From an uncultured Coriobacteriaceae bacterium (GTDB taxonomy: Bacteria; Actinomycetota; Coriobacteriia; Coriobacteriales; UMGS124): a DNA stretch of 64,000 nucleotides. The number at the start of each line of letters is the position of its first letter. The stretch's first letter is position 1. Positions 46,501 to 54,847 of the stretch are shown here, in pieces. Below the pieces are notes generated by a model. It was not told the DNA's origin. It worked only from the letters and a program-made list of their open reading frames with translations, and ran no database searches. The DNA lies in assembly GCA_900539345.1 (NCBI GenBank), contig UQBS01000007.1, positions 8,246-72,245 on the forward strand, read 5' to 3'. A program made the position numbers and the translations under genes.

Positions 46501-48403
46501 GCGCCTCCACGGACAGGGTGCCGTCGTACTTGTAGTAGCCGTCGACCTGCTCATCAAGATACGAGGGGTAGCTGGGGGTGAAACCGCAGCCAAAGAACGC
46601 CTCGTTGGAGACAAACCTGAGGTCGGAGCCAAAGGGAAAGCCCGTGATGGGCGCGTAACGGAACGCATACCTATAGATGTACTTGAGGTTCTGCCCGCCT
46701 GTTACACGTGCAAGCTGCTTGCAGTCGCCGAACGCGCCATAGTTGATCTGCACCAGGCTCGAAGGCAGGTCGATGCTGGTGATGGCCGAACCAGCGAAGC
46801 ACGCGTTGCCGATAGTGCGCAGGCTCGACCCCAACGTGACGCTTGCCAAGTTCGGACAGCTGAAGAAACACTCCCAACCTGCGCATTCGCCCAGCTCGGC
46901 CACATTGTTGCTGATACGGACGCCGCGGAGCTGGTTGCAGTTTGAGCAGATATAGCCCTGCACGCACGTCACCGAGTCGGGCATGTCAAGGCTCTGGATG
47001 GCCGTGCCGTACAGGCAGTACTGCTCCATCCTGGTAAGGCCTTGGGGCAGCACGATGTTGGAGAACGTGGCGTTGTTGCACATCGCGTAGGAACCGATGG
47101 TCGTCACGCTGGACGGCACCGTGTATGTGCCGCCGCCCAGATTAGACGTCTGAGCGTAGAGGATGGTGCCGTCGCGGGAAAGCAGGGCGCCGTTCACTAC
47201 CTTGTAGTTCTTAGCATTGGAGGGAGCCACGAACGTCACGGGCGGGCAACCGCCGCACGGGTTGTAATGCTCCGTCACCTGATAGGTGTTGCTGCCCGAA
47301 ATCACGTTGCCCACGTACACCATGGGCTCGAGGTTGACGTTCAGCGTCAGCTTCGTGAGGAGCGAGTTGCGAAACGCGTCGTGCCCGAGCGTCTTCACGT
47401 TTTGGGGAATAACGAACGACGCGATGGGCGTATTCTCAAATGCGCACTCACCGATGCTCACGAGCTGGGAGTTCGAGGGAAACGTGATCTTGGAGACCTT
47501 GGTGTAGCTGAAGCACGAGGCACCGATTTCCTTGATGGTGGCGGGGAACGTGACCGAGGTCACCGTCTTGGGCAGGCCACCGCCATAGAAGTTCACACCG
47601 TATATCTGCTTGCCGTCGAGCTTTGCCGGCAGCGTAATGGAACTCGCCGAGCCATAGTAGCCGTCGAGGACGTAGACCGTGTTGCCGCTGTCGTCCTTGG
47701 ACTCATAGTAGCTCCAGTCCCCCGAGTACACCGTGGCCGAGTAGGCAACGGGGACGTTGGCTGCAGAGTCGTCGGCGGAGCCGTAGCCCATGGGGGCAGA
47801 GCTCCCCTCAGGCTCCGCGTCGGCTGCAACGTCGTATTCGGGCACCTGAGAAGGGTCGCTCGTGACGGAGCTGCCGGCTGGGAACATCTGAGACGAGGCA
47901 CCCGCATCCTCACGGCTGGCCGCCTCACCGATAAACGCCTGTTGAGAGGAGGCATCGGGCCCGGGGATGAAACCGGGGTTCGCGGCGACGGTTATGCCTG
48001 ATGCTGATGCGTCGGCACCGGGTTCAGGGTCCGCAGAGCCGGCGGTGCTGATTTCAGAAACGGCAGAGCCAGCGGCATCTGGCTTGGAGATGACAGGGTC
48101 AGCAATGCCGGGCTCGGAGACGGTAGAACCCGCGGCATCGGGCTCGGGGGCAGCCGAATCTGTGGCGCCGTCGGCCACATCCGTCCGTGAGATGTCGGTA
48201 TCGGACCCGGAAGCGGGGTCGGGGCTTACAACATCGACCGGCCTTTCTACCTGGGAACTCGCATCCACCTTCACCTGCGACACAGCAGGTTCCTCCGCCC
48301 AGGAAGGCGAGCTCAGGACCCCAAGACACAACGTGACAGCCAGCCCGGCAACAAACACCGCAAGCAGCCGGCGAGCCGCTCCCCCAACACGAAACACATC
48401 CAC
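43592..48403 (-). CDS. Giant SLH-containing surface protein (BspA-type LRR, CAP/SCP domain, three Listeria-Bacteroides Flg_new repeats, internal triple SLH, second LRR, Pro-rich tail)
   Basis: The GTG at 48403 follows GGAGG, and a signal peptide is present. The LRR region is encoded at about 46500-47650. The CAP domain (LVNQERAKQGL...GHKANIL...FWVQCFG) is encoded at about 46145-46490. The YTVTFNSNGG...GWY...YAKW repeats are encoded at about 45095-45740, and the SLH repeats at about 44515-45088. Confidence 0.85.
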   Translation of the reverse strand: MDVFRVGGAARRLLAVFVAGLAVTLCLGVLSSPSWAEEPAVSQVKVDASSQVERPVDVVSPDPASGSDTDISRTDVADGATDSAAPEPDAAGSTVSEPGIADPVISKPDAAGSAVSEISTAGSADPEPGADASASGITVAANPGFIPGPDASSQQAFIGEAASREDAGASSQMFPAGSSVTSDPSQVPEYDVAADAEPEGSSAPMGYGSADDSAANVPVAYSATVYSGDWSYYESKDDSGNTVYVLDGYYGSASSITLPAKLDGKQIYGVNFYGGGLPKTVTSVTFPATIKEIGASCFSYTKVSKITFPSNSQLVSIGECAFENTPIASFVIPQNVKTLGHDAFRNSLLTKLTLNVNLEPMVYVGNVISGSNTYQVTEHYNPCGGCPPVTFVAPSNAKNYKVVNGALLSRDGTILYAQTSNLGGGTYTVPSSVTTIGSYAMCNNATFSNIVLPQGLTRMEQYCLYGTAIQSLDMPDSVTCVQGYICSNCNQLRGVRISNNVAELGECAGWECFFSCPNLASVTLGSSLRTIGNACFAGSAITSIDLPSSLVQINYGAFGDCKQLARVTGGQNLKYIYRYAFRYAPITGFPFGSDLRFVSNEAFFGCGFTPSYPSYLDEQVDGYYKYDGTLSVEAQVSYSKAFEVLDLVNQERAKQGLSALTMDTDLLAVAMQRAAETSIVFDHTRPTGQKCFTASSKMTRENIAVGSTTAQGVMDQWMNSSGHKANILSADSTSIGIGCVTVSGRTFWVQCFGTTAASPAYKQADKTLVMDVNYMSSALAELGATFSVYLVNAAGTSIVAANESLGVGESQRFGLFAHIGGTYASWVSKIDDSCVTWSLDGSSAASFNPKTVTVSGKAPGSFTLSASVGGGSILESVTTPVAYRYYTVTFGTYNRWNYDVDVISTQKVRSGDTLKKPADPTRGGYVFDGWYTTGSCTTPFDFKVPITSNKTVYAKWRYLATYTVVFNANGGTCSQTTASVEEGKAVSKPANPTRAGHTFKGWYSDKGLTKAYNFNAPVKGNITLYAKWAPNGYTVTFNSNGGTSVKAQSVTYGAKASRPADPAKSGFYFKGWYADKGLTRSYDFNSAVKGNLTLYAKWEQVPPTSFKDVPAGEWYTDWVTQAAKRGLMTGLKDDAGIYYTGYFEPDSAVTRAMVATVLWRVAGSPACSSGALWDVQGHWAYEAVAWCMSKGIVTGYTSGPNAGCFLPDNEVTREELATMAYRFAKWAGVKTANPPSASFNAASDTWAVSPWARDAMVWCGASGVLTGFVGDAKPLLLPQGTATRAQAAKIFTQMDKLAGGELSPYAEAEDRPVADVAQQPAAAPAAVAGELNGLTYLAVPEGAVDAAGEAYVLDREYAELGGRYVGAGVYVTAYRGEATDLALPAQIEGADVVSADLSWDGDAQAGTPDPDGRTRLESLSLERGCGLASLDASGSGVAELRLAGDEALGGLSALRFLDLSGTQVSSLDPACMPALERLALRGCPLGADCLEALTAWLGATGLPADLEGAGAKDEPSEPEQPAEPEQPSEPAGPGQPGEPANPDQPSEPAAPAEPEQPSNPAEPSEPAVPGESEQPAEPAIPDQPSEPATPANPDQSEQSAEPE
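43595..43870 (-). repeat. Degenerate tandem repeats encoding a Pro/Glu/Ser-rich tail (P-x-E-P type)
   Basis: The DNA shows variants of GGGCTCGGCGGGCTGCTC. The protein reads PSEPEQPAEPEQPSEPAGPGQPGEPANPDQPSEP... Similar tracts are encoded at about 40890-41150, 51135-51425 and 54060-54440. Confidence 0.8.
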
Positions 48404-48632
48404 GCGAACCTCCAATCGATCACAACAACACGCACTTTGCCGGCGCACATGATACGCCACATCGAAACTGCGAGATTGTAAAAAGTGAGACGGTCCGAAC
48501 GCGAGGGTCGATCAGCTTAACCGCCTGAAAACGACGCGTCCCCACCCCTCTAGCAAAGGCGCTCGCTTCTCCTTTTCTCTTTGGCGACCAATTCGAGGGC
48601 GAAACGCGAGGCGGTAAGCTGCCCACCCTCAA

Positions 48633-48680
48633 ACGCAAAAAGCCCGCCGGGCGAGGGGTGCTCCCCTGCCTGGCGGGCTT
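48633..48680 (-). terminator. Rho-independent terminator
   Basis: AGCCCGCC (48641-48648) pairs with GGCGGGCT (48672-48679), with inner pairing as well. On the minus strand it is followed by TTTTTGCGTTT. Confidence 0.68.
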
Positions 48681-48705
48681 GTGTGCGGTATCGGTGTGCG
48701 GCGTC

Positions 48706-51696
48706 TTACTTCGCGAAGAGCCTGCCGACGCCTGAGATTCTGTCGTAGTTGTAATTGGTGGAGTTGTGCAAAGTCGTGATGTAGACGCCGCCCGAGGGAA
48801 GTGCCTGGATGATCTGGTCGTTGCCCAGGTAGATGGCCACATGACCCGGCCAGAACACGAGGTCGCCACGGCTCATCTGCCACTTGCTGATGCGCTGGAT
48901 CTTGCCGTAGTTCCACAGGTTGTTGGCGTCGTGGCTGTGCCAACCGTCGCTGCCCGAATCCCAGTGGCAGATGGGGTCGAAGCACTTGATGTAGTCGTCG
49001 TCCTTGGTGTCCATGCCCACGGCATAGCAGCACTGCATGACGAGGCCCACACAGTCCACGCCCACACCCGGCGCACACGCGTAGTTCCACACATACGAGG
49101 TGCCCAGGTACTCATAGGCGCGCGCGATGAAGGCCTCGACGCAGTCCTGACGCGTGGCGGCGGCGCCGATGCGCGAGGGAGTCATGTACGACAGGATGCC
49201 GCGCGAGGGGCTGTGCGGCGAGACGTTGTAGGTGCTCACCTGGTACATGTCGCTGGGGTTCTGCCAGCCAATCTTGCCCGAAGGAGCGTAGAGGATGCGC
49301 TGGGCACGGTAGTCCTCGTGGCCCTCGGGGTCGATGACCTTGGCGTAGAACCAATAGTAGTCCTCCGCCGGCAGGGTCACGCTCAGCGACTCGCCACCCA
49401 TCTGGGAGCCAACCAGAGTCGCGGAACCCTCAGCCCAACCGCGCTTCCATGTGTACTTGAACGAATAACCCTCGGTGCTCGGAGCGTCGAGAATAGCCGC
49501 AACCGTCCAGCTTGCGTCGCCGGCGGAGCCGACCTTGGCTCTCTCGAGCTTCCATACCTGAACAACGCTCGACGCCATGTGAGCCGTGCCGTAGGCATCG
49601 GTGACCTTGACGTACACGGTGTATTTACCAGGGGTGTCGAAATCCAGGTTCACAGATGAACTGGACCCAGCGTCGCCCGTCCACGTGCTGCCATCAGAGC
49701 AGACCCAGGCAAACTGGTACGTAAGCCCCGAGCCGGAACCCGAGACGTTCGCCGTGGCCTTGGTGGAACTGCCGGCCTTGAGGTAGGCGTTTGCCGTGCT
49801 CAGGCCGGAAAGCGACCAGCTAGCCTGCTGCATCGTGGCGCCCGCCAGCACATCGCGCGAAAGCACAGTAATCATCTTGGCGGCCTGGGCACGGGTGGTG
49901 GCCGCCTGCGGGTTGAGCAGGGCGACGCCCGTGGTGGTGTCGCCCGTCAAGATGCCGGCAGCGTTTGCCCACTCCATGGCGTCAACAGCGTACTCGCTCA
50001 CCTGGTCCGAGTCGTAGAAGCCCGAGATGTCCGCGCTGCCCGACCCCTTGCCGCAGCGCTGGGCGAAGCGATAGAGCATGGTAGCGAAATCCTCACGAGT
50101 GATGGGGTCGCCCACGCCGAACTTGCTGGTAGCAAAATAGCCGGTAGAGATGCCGTTCTCATAGGCCCACTCAACGGCAGCCGTGTACCACTGCCCTGTC
50201 TCGACATCGGAGAAATGCGAGGTCGAGCTCGATGCAGAACCCTTGGCATAGCGATAGAGGATGGTCACAACCTGCTCGCGCGAAATGCCGTCGTTGGGAC
50301 CGAACAGGCCGTCGTCGGAATAGCCGCTCATGAGGCCGTTATCTACCACGTAGTCGATATAGCCGCCCTTGACGTACCAGGAATCGACAGGCGTATCGGG
50401 AAAGCGTGCCTCGTGCTTGTTGTCCTCGCCAGCAAGGGAGTCGGTGGCCGTGCCCATCTTGACCGGGGCAGTCGCGGCACAGATGCTCAGGGCATCGCCG
50501 GCCTGCTCAAGCGCGTCGGCAAGGGCGCTGCGCGCGGAGACCACGGAGGCAGCAGCGGCATCCGAAACGCCAGCGTTGTCATCTGCAGGATTAAAGGCGC
50601 CAGCGAGCATCTGGGTTGCGGCCTCGCCAAGCCAGGCGAAGTCGTACTGCTCGAAATCCGAAGGCAGAGCGAGCTCCACCACAACGATGGGCATGCCGTC
50701 CTGCGCCGCAGGAAGCTCGCAGGCAAACTCCCCACCGGCGAGGTTGGCGTGCACCTCAAGAAGCAGGTCAGCGCCCGACTCCTTGGCAAGAGCGATGCGG
50801 GCGGCGAGCTCATCTTGAGCAGAGGCGCCGGGAGCGATGGCCTGCGAGCTCGAACGAAGCGTGCCGACGCTCAGGCCCTGGACATCCTGCACGGAGCGCG
50901 CAAGCTGCTGGGTCAGTGCAAGCGTGAGGTTGGCCTCAGTGAGATCGCCCAGAGCCGTGCCTGCATGCTCGCCGTCATGGGCGGCATCGAGTGCGGCCTT
51001 GAGCGCGGCACCCTCAGAGGCACGCGCGGGAGCAGCAGCGGCAAGAGCCTCGGAAAATGTGGCGTAAGCCGTCTTGCCCTCGGGCGTCACCACGTAATAT
51101 TTGAGCGTGCAGGTGCCGGCAAGCTTGGTGTCGGCGGGCGCATCGGGGGCAGAGGGGTTCTCCGGCTCTGCAGGCTTGGTGGGCTCGCCGGGCTGGGTGG
51201 GCTCCGTCGGCACCGCAGGATCGATGGGCTCGGTAGGCTCGGCCGGGTCTGTCGGCTGACTGGGGTCGGTGGGGTCCGTCGGCGTTGTGGGCTCGCTGGG
51301 CTCGGCCGGATTCACGGGAGCCACAGGATCGGTAGGGTCTACTGGCGCCGCAGGTTCGCCGGGCACGGTAGGCTCACTCGGCCCAGCAGGGTTCTCCGGC
51401 GTTGTGGGCTGATCAGGGCTCTCCGACCCAGAGACACCCGTGGACTCGCCGGGCAGTGCGCCACCATCAGAGCCAGTCGTCACAGCAGAGTCGCCCGACA
51501 CCGTTGTCGCTGCAGCCCCCTGCACATCGTCTTGTGCCGCAGCGCCAGCGACGGGCACACCCGCCTGCACCTGATCGGCGTTCGCCAAAGACACGATAGA
51601 GGTGCCCGCAATGCCCAAAGAGGCCACGAGGCCCATCGCGCACAAGGCGAGCTTGATACGAGCGGTCAATTGTCCAGCTGGTTTCATCTGCCCCAT
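48706..51696 (-). CDS. SLH-anchored NlpC/P60 endopeptidase with an N-terminal divergent Amidase_3-like domain
   Basis: It has a signal peptide and a Pro-rich linker. The amidase-like module reads LDAAHDGEHAG...LLLEVHAN...VVVELA. Three SLH repeats are encoded at about 49845-50402. Two Ig-like modules follow. The NlpC/P60 end reads YVWNYACAPGVGVDCVGLV...GDLVFWPGHVAIYLG. The start is either 51696 or 51687. Confidence 0.85.
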   Translation of the reverse strand: MGQMKPAGQLTARIKLALCAMGLVASLGIAGTSIVSLANADQVQAGVPVAGAAAQDDVQGAAATTVSGDSAVTTGSDGGALPGESTGVSGSESPDQPTTPENPAGPSEPTVPGEPAAPVDPTDPVAPVNPAEPSEPTTPTDPTDPSQPTDPAEPTEPIDPAVPTEPTQPGEPTKPAEPENPSAPDAPADTKLAGTCTLKYYVVTPEGKTAYATFSEALAAAAPARASEGAALKAALDAAHDGEHAGTALGDLTEANLTLALTQQLARSVQDVQGLSVGTLRSSSQAIAPGASAQDELAARIALAKESGADLLLEVHANLAGGEFACELPAAQDGMPIVVVELALPSDFEQYDFAWLGEAATQMLAGAFNPADDNAGVSDAAAASVVSARSALADALEQAGDALSICAATAPVKMGTATDSLAGEDNKHEARFPDTPVDSWYVKGGYIDYVVDNGLMSGYSDDGLFGPNDGISREQVVTILYRYAKGSASSSTSHFSDVETGQWYTAAVEWAYENGISTGYFATSKFGVGDPITREDFATMLYRFAQRCGKGSGSADISGFYDSDQVSEYAVDAMEWANAAGILTGDTTTGVALLNPQAATTRAQAAKMITVLSRDVLAGATMQQASWSLSGLSTANAYLKAGSSTKATANVSGSGSGLTYQFAWVCSDGSTWTGDAGSSSSVNLDFDTPGKYTVYVKVTDAYGTAHMASSVVQVWKLERAKVGSAGDASWTVAAILDAPSTEGYSFKYTWKRGWAEGSATLVGSQMGGESLSVTLPAEDYYWFYAKVIDPEGHEDYRAQRILYAPSGKIGWQNPSDMYQVSTYNVSPHSPSRGILSYMTPSRIGAAATRQDCVEAFIARAYEYLGTSYVWNYACAPGVGVDCVGLVMQCCYAVGMDTKDDDYIKCFDPICHWDSGSDGWHSHDANNLWNYGKIQRISKWQMSRGDLVFWPGHVAIYLGNDQIIQALPSGGVYITTLHNSTNYNYDRISGVGRLFAK

Positions 51697-51865
51697 CCGT
51701 TTCAATCGTCACGAGCAGCCCCGGCCCGAAGGCCGGGGCATAACTCTCACATGCGTCAAGGGTACCAGCCCTCGCGGCGGATGGGGCGAGCAAAAACAAA
51801 CTAACGGAGTGTTTCAAACGCTCCATAAACCCAAAAATCAACAACAGGTGCGTTTCTGCCCCCGC

Positions 51866-54595
51866 TTAGTACACGTACACCGTGGTTCCCGAGGGGATGG
51901 TCTCGTAAATCCACTTGGCGTTGGACGTCTCCAGGCGCACGCAACCGTGCGACAGGTGCATACCCAGACGCGTGTCCTTCGGAGCGCCGTTGGTGTAGTA
52001 CGTGGTGGAGTGGAACAGGTAGTCGCCGTAGAACTGCGTCCAGTAGTAGCAGCGCACACCATAGGAGTCGAAGTAATACCCGCGGCTATCCACGGAGAAC
52101 AGGCCCTTCACCGTGGGTGTGTAGTATGTACCGGGCGAGCACAGCCAAAGCGCGCCCTCTTCCCAGCCGTAAGGCATCTTGTAGTACACGCCAACCAGGC
52201 ACGACTCGGTGTCCACAGCAAGCAGCCACTCGGTGGGGCTAGTAAGGTTGCGAATCATGTTGTACACGTAGACCGAATCGCCCGAAATGACCTTCACGCG
52301 CGTGCCGGCATAGCTCTGATGTCCCTCAGGGTCGGTCACCTTGGCATACAGCCAATAGAAGCCATCGGAGTCGAGCCAGACCGTCTTGCTGGTGTTGGTG
52401 CTCTTCTCCCTGCCGAGCGTGGCGGCCGTATCCTCGTACATGCCCTTCTTCCACACATACTCATAGGTAAAGCCGCTGTTCGAGGGGGCCGTGTGGTTGA
52501 CGCCGATGGTCCAGGTGTGCATGTCCCACTCAGAGGTGGCCGTGGGCGCAAGGGCCTGCCACACGATGACCTCGGCGGACTGGATGCGGCTGATGCCGTT
52601 GGAGTCGGTTACCTGGCACCACAGCGTGAAGGTGCCCGAACCGCCCAGATAGTAGCTGAAACTCGCGTCCTTCTTGGAGCCGCTGCGCCAGGTCTCGCCT
52701 GCCGTGTTGTACCAGCCGTACTCATAGGTAAGGTCCGAGGTCGAGCCGCTCACCTGGGGTGTCGCGGTGATGTTGCCGCCGGCAATGAGATAGTGGTTGG
52801 GCGTAGACAGCGAGGAGTACGTCCAAGCAGGGCCCTGCAGCTGGGCGCCGTTGAGCGTGTCGCGCACGAGCACCGTAAACATCTTGGCCGCCTCGGCACG
52901 CGTGGTGTTGTCCTGGGGCTTGAGGCGCGCGGGCGTCTGGGTCTTGTCGCCGGTGATGATGCCCCTGCCGTTGGCCCACCTCATGGCGTTCCAGGCATAG
53001 GCGTTTACCTCATTGGCATCAGGGAAGGACGAGATGTTGCCGAGGTTGCCGCCCACGCCGCAGCCCTTGGCGAAGCGATGCAGCATCGTGGCAAGATCCT
53101 GCCTGGTAACAGGGTCATTGGGACCAAACAGACCCGTGCCGATGTAACCCGTGGTGATGCCGTTTTGATACGCCCACTCCACAGCAGCGGTGTAATACTC
53201 ACCCGTGGGCACGTCGTAGAAGTGCGTGGTAGTGCCATAGCTGGAGGGGTTGGTCGTGGCGTCGCTCGAGGGGTTGGCGTAACGGTACAGGATGACGAGC
53301 ACCTGAGCACGGCTGATCTGGTCCTGGGGACCAAAGTTGCCAGCGTCGGCACCCGTGGTGTATCCCGTCATGAGGCCGGAAGACGTCACATAGTCGAGCC
53401 AGCCCTCTGTTACATACCACTCGTTGGCGGGAGTGTCCTTGTAGAGATAAGGCTCCGTCGAAAGGACATTGGGCTCGGTGGGAGCAGGAACGACTTCGAA
53501 CTCGCCAAAGCCAAGGGAGAGAAGCTTCTCGGCCACTGCCTGCTCGATCTCAATTGCAGAGCCATCGAGAACCTTGGCGGCCTCGTCCTTCTGGAAGAGC
53601 CACAGGCGGGCGTCTGTGGGCAGGTTCATCTTGCCGGAAGCGTCCTGGGCAGAGGTTTCCTGCGCGGCCGTCGAATCGGCGGCGTCGGGCGCGTCCTCGG
53701 CATCGGCCGGCACAGATGCCTCCTGGGCAACCTCAATCACATAGGCAGCAGCGTCGGCCAGGAAGTCCACCACGCCGCGCGACCCGTCGGCGAAGGTCAC
53801 CTCAAGCTGCACGAGCTGGGCCTGGCCCACGCCCAAAGACTCCGTGGCAAGGTCGAACACGAGAAACCTGCCGTCGGTGCGCGTGGACTCAAAGGTCACA
53901 TCGCCCAGCGCGCCTCGCACGGTCAGAACGCCCTTTACGAGCTGCGCGTTCTCGTCCTGCAGGGCAATGGCGAGCGGCACCTTGTCACCCAGCACGGGAG
54001 CGGCATGGCTTGTGTAGGCAAAGTTCAAGAGCTCAACGGGGGCAACAGCGTCAACCTCGGTGTCGCCGGCAGGCTTGTCGGCAGCATCATCCTTCTCAGC
54101 GGGCTTATCTGCGGTGCTGCCATCGCCCTCAGCGGGCTTGTCCGTGCCGGCGGCAGCACCGTCACCCGGGGCAGAAGGTTGGTCGGAACCAGCGTCAGCG
54201 GAGTTGTCAGGCGTTGCAGGAACATCAGGCTGGGCAGGCTCGCCAGGCACAGGGACCCCAGGCTGGTCGGGGTCGCCCGTCGCAGGTGCGTCGGGCCCAG
54301 CGGGCTGCTCAGGCTCAGGGGAAACAGGAGCGTCGCCAGGCGCGGCAGGCTGCTCGGTATCACCCGAGGCGTCCGGAGCCCCAGGCGTCACGTCATCGCC
54401 ATCGCCTTCCTGCTCGCCACCGTTGCCGGCGTCGGGCCCCTGCTCCTGCTCATAGCCCGCAGCACCAGACTCGGACGCATCGTCGGCCCAGGCAGAGCCC
54501 ATACCAGGTACCATGCAGGCTAGAGCAAACACGCAAGACAACACCAGTACAAGCAGTGCATACACCGTGGCTCTCGAGCTTCTGACCTGCCTCAT
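51866..54595 (-). CDS. SLH-anchored L,D-transpeptidase (YkuD domain)
   Basis: The ATG at 54595 opens a protein with a signal peptide and a Pro/Asp-rich linker. Three SLH repeats are encoded at about 52850-53440. Two Ig-like modules are paralogous to those of the neighbouring gene. The C-terminal region carries HSTTYY...GMHLSHGCVRL, the YkuD catalytic motif. Confidence 0.85.
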   Translation of the reverse strand: MRQVRSSRATVYALLVLVLSCVFALACMVPGMGSAWADDASESGAAGYEQEQGPDAGNGGEQEGDGDDVTPGAPDASGDTEQPAAPGDAPVSPEPEQPAGPDAPATGDPDQPGVPVPGEPAQPDVPATPDNSADAGSDQPSAPGDGAAAGTDKPAEGDGSTADKPAEKDDAADKPAGDTEVDAVAPVELLNFAYTSHAAPVLGDKVPLAIALQDENAQLVKGVLTVRGALGDVTFESTRTDGRFLVFDLATESLGVGQAQLVQLEVTFADGSRGVVDFLADAAAYVIEVAQEASVPADAEDAPDAADSTAAQETSAQDASGKMNLPTDARLWLFQKDEAAKVLDGSAIEIEQAVAEKLLSLGFGEFEVVPAPTEPNVLSTEPYLYKDTPANEWYVTEGWLDYVTSSGLMTGYTTGADAGNFGPQDQISRAQVLVILYRYANPSSDATTNPSSYGTTTHFYDVPTGEYYTAAVEWAYQNGITTGYIGTGLFGPNDPVTRQDLATMLHRFAKGCGVGGNLGNISSFPDANEVNAYAWNAMRWANGRGIITGDKTQTPARLKPQDNTTRAEAAKMFTVLVRDTLNGAQLQGPAWTYSSLSTPNHYLIAGGNITATPQVSGSTSDLTYEYGWYNTAGETWRSGSKKDASFSYYLGGSGTFTLWCQVTDSNGISRIQSAEVIVWQALAPTATSEWDMHTWTIGVNHTAPSNSGFTYEYVWKKGMYEDTAATLGREKSTNTSKTVWLDSDGFYWLYAKVTDPEGHQSYAGTRVKVISGDSVYVYNMIRNLTSPTEWLLAVDTESCLVGVYYKMPYGWEEGALWLCSPGTYYTPTVKGLFSVDSRGYYFDSYGVRCYYWTQFYGDYLFHSTTYYTNGAPKDTRLGMHLSHGCVRLETSNAKWIYETIPSGTTVYVY

Positions 54596-54847
54596 ATGGG
54601 TCTCCGTTTCCCCTCGGAATTCGCATTCGCGACACCGTCATGTATGTACAACATCTTAGCGCATGAAAGGGCGCGGCGGGCACTGCATAGCACCCTTTGC
54701 CCACGGACGGCGCAGCTCGCGCCGCCGGGCCCGCAACCCTTGCCGTTATGGGGGAGCCGAGGCTTGCGCGCTTCCAGCGCGGGCACATGCTGCTAGGATA
54801 TGCAGGTCAAACATGCCCTTTGCGGGCTTTGAGGAAGGACCGGCCCC

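Noticed and set aside
48404-48705. A c-di-AMP (ydaO-type) riboswitch upstream of the cell-wall hydrolase genes. I also checked 41293-41472, 43225-43591, 51697-51865 and 54596-54847.
   Set aside because: I read the leader regions on the coding strand and did not see the diagnostic elements (the GAAUC pairs, ACGGGGA, CAGCUAACCUCGUAAGCG). Only a vague GGUUAAGCUG similarity appears near 48500.
51717-51739. The hairpin AGCCCCGGCC-cgaa-GGCCGGGGC between the L,D-transpeptidase and NlpC/P60 genes as a terminator.
   Set aside because: The stem is good, but no T tract follows on the transcribed (minus) strand. It could equally be a processing or stability element, so the evidence is not enough to annotate it.
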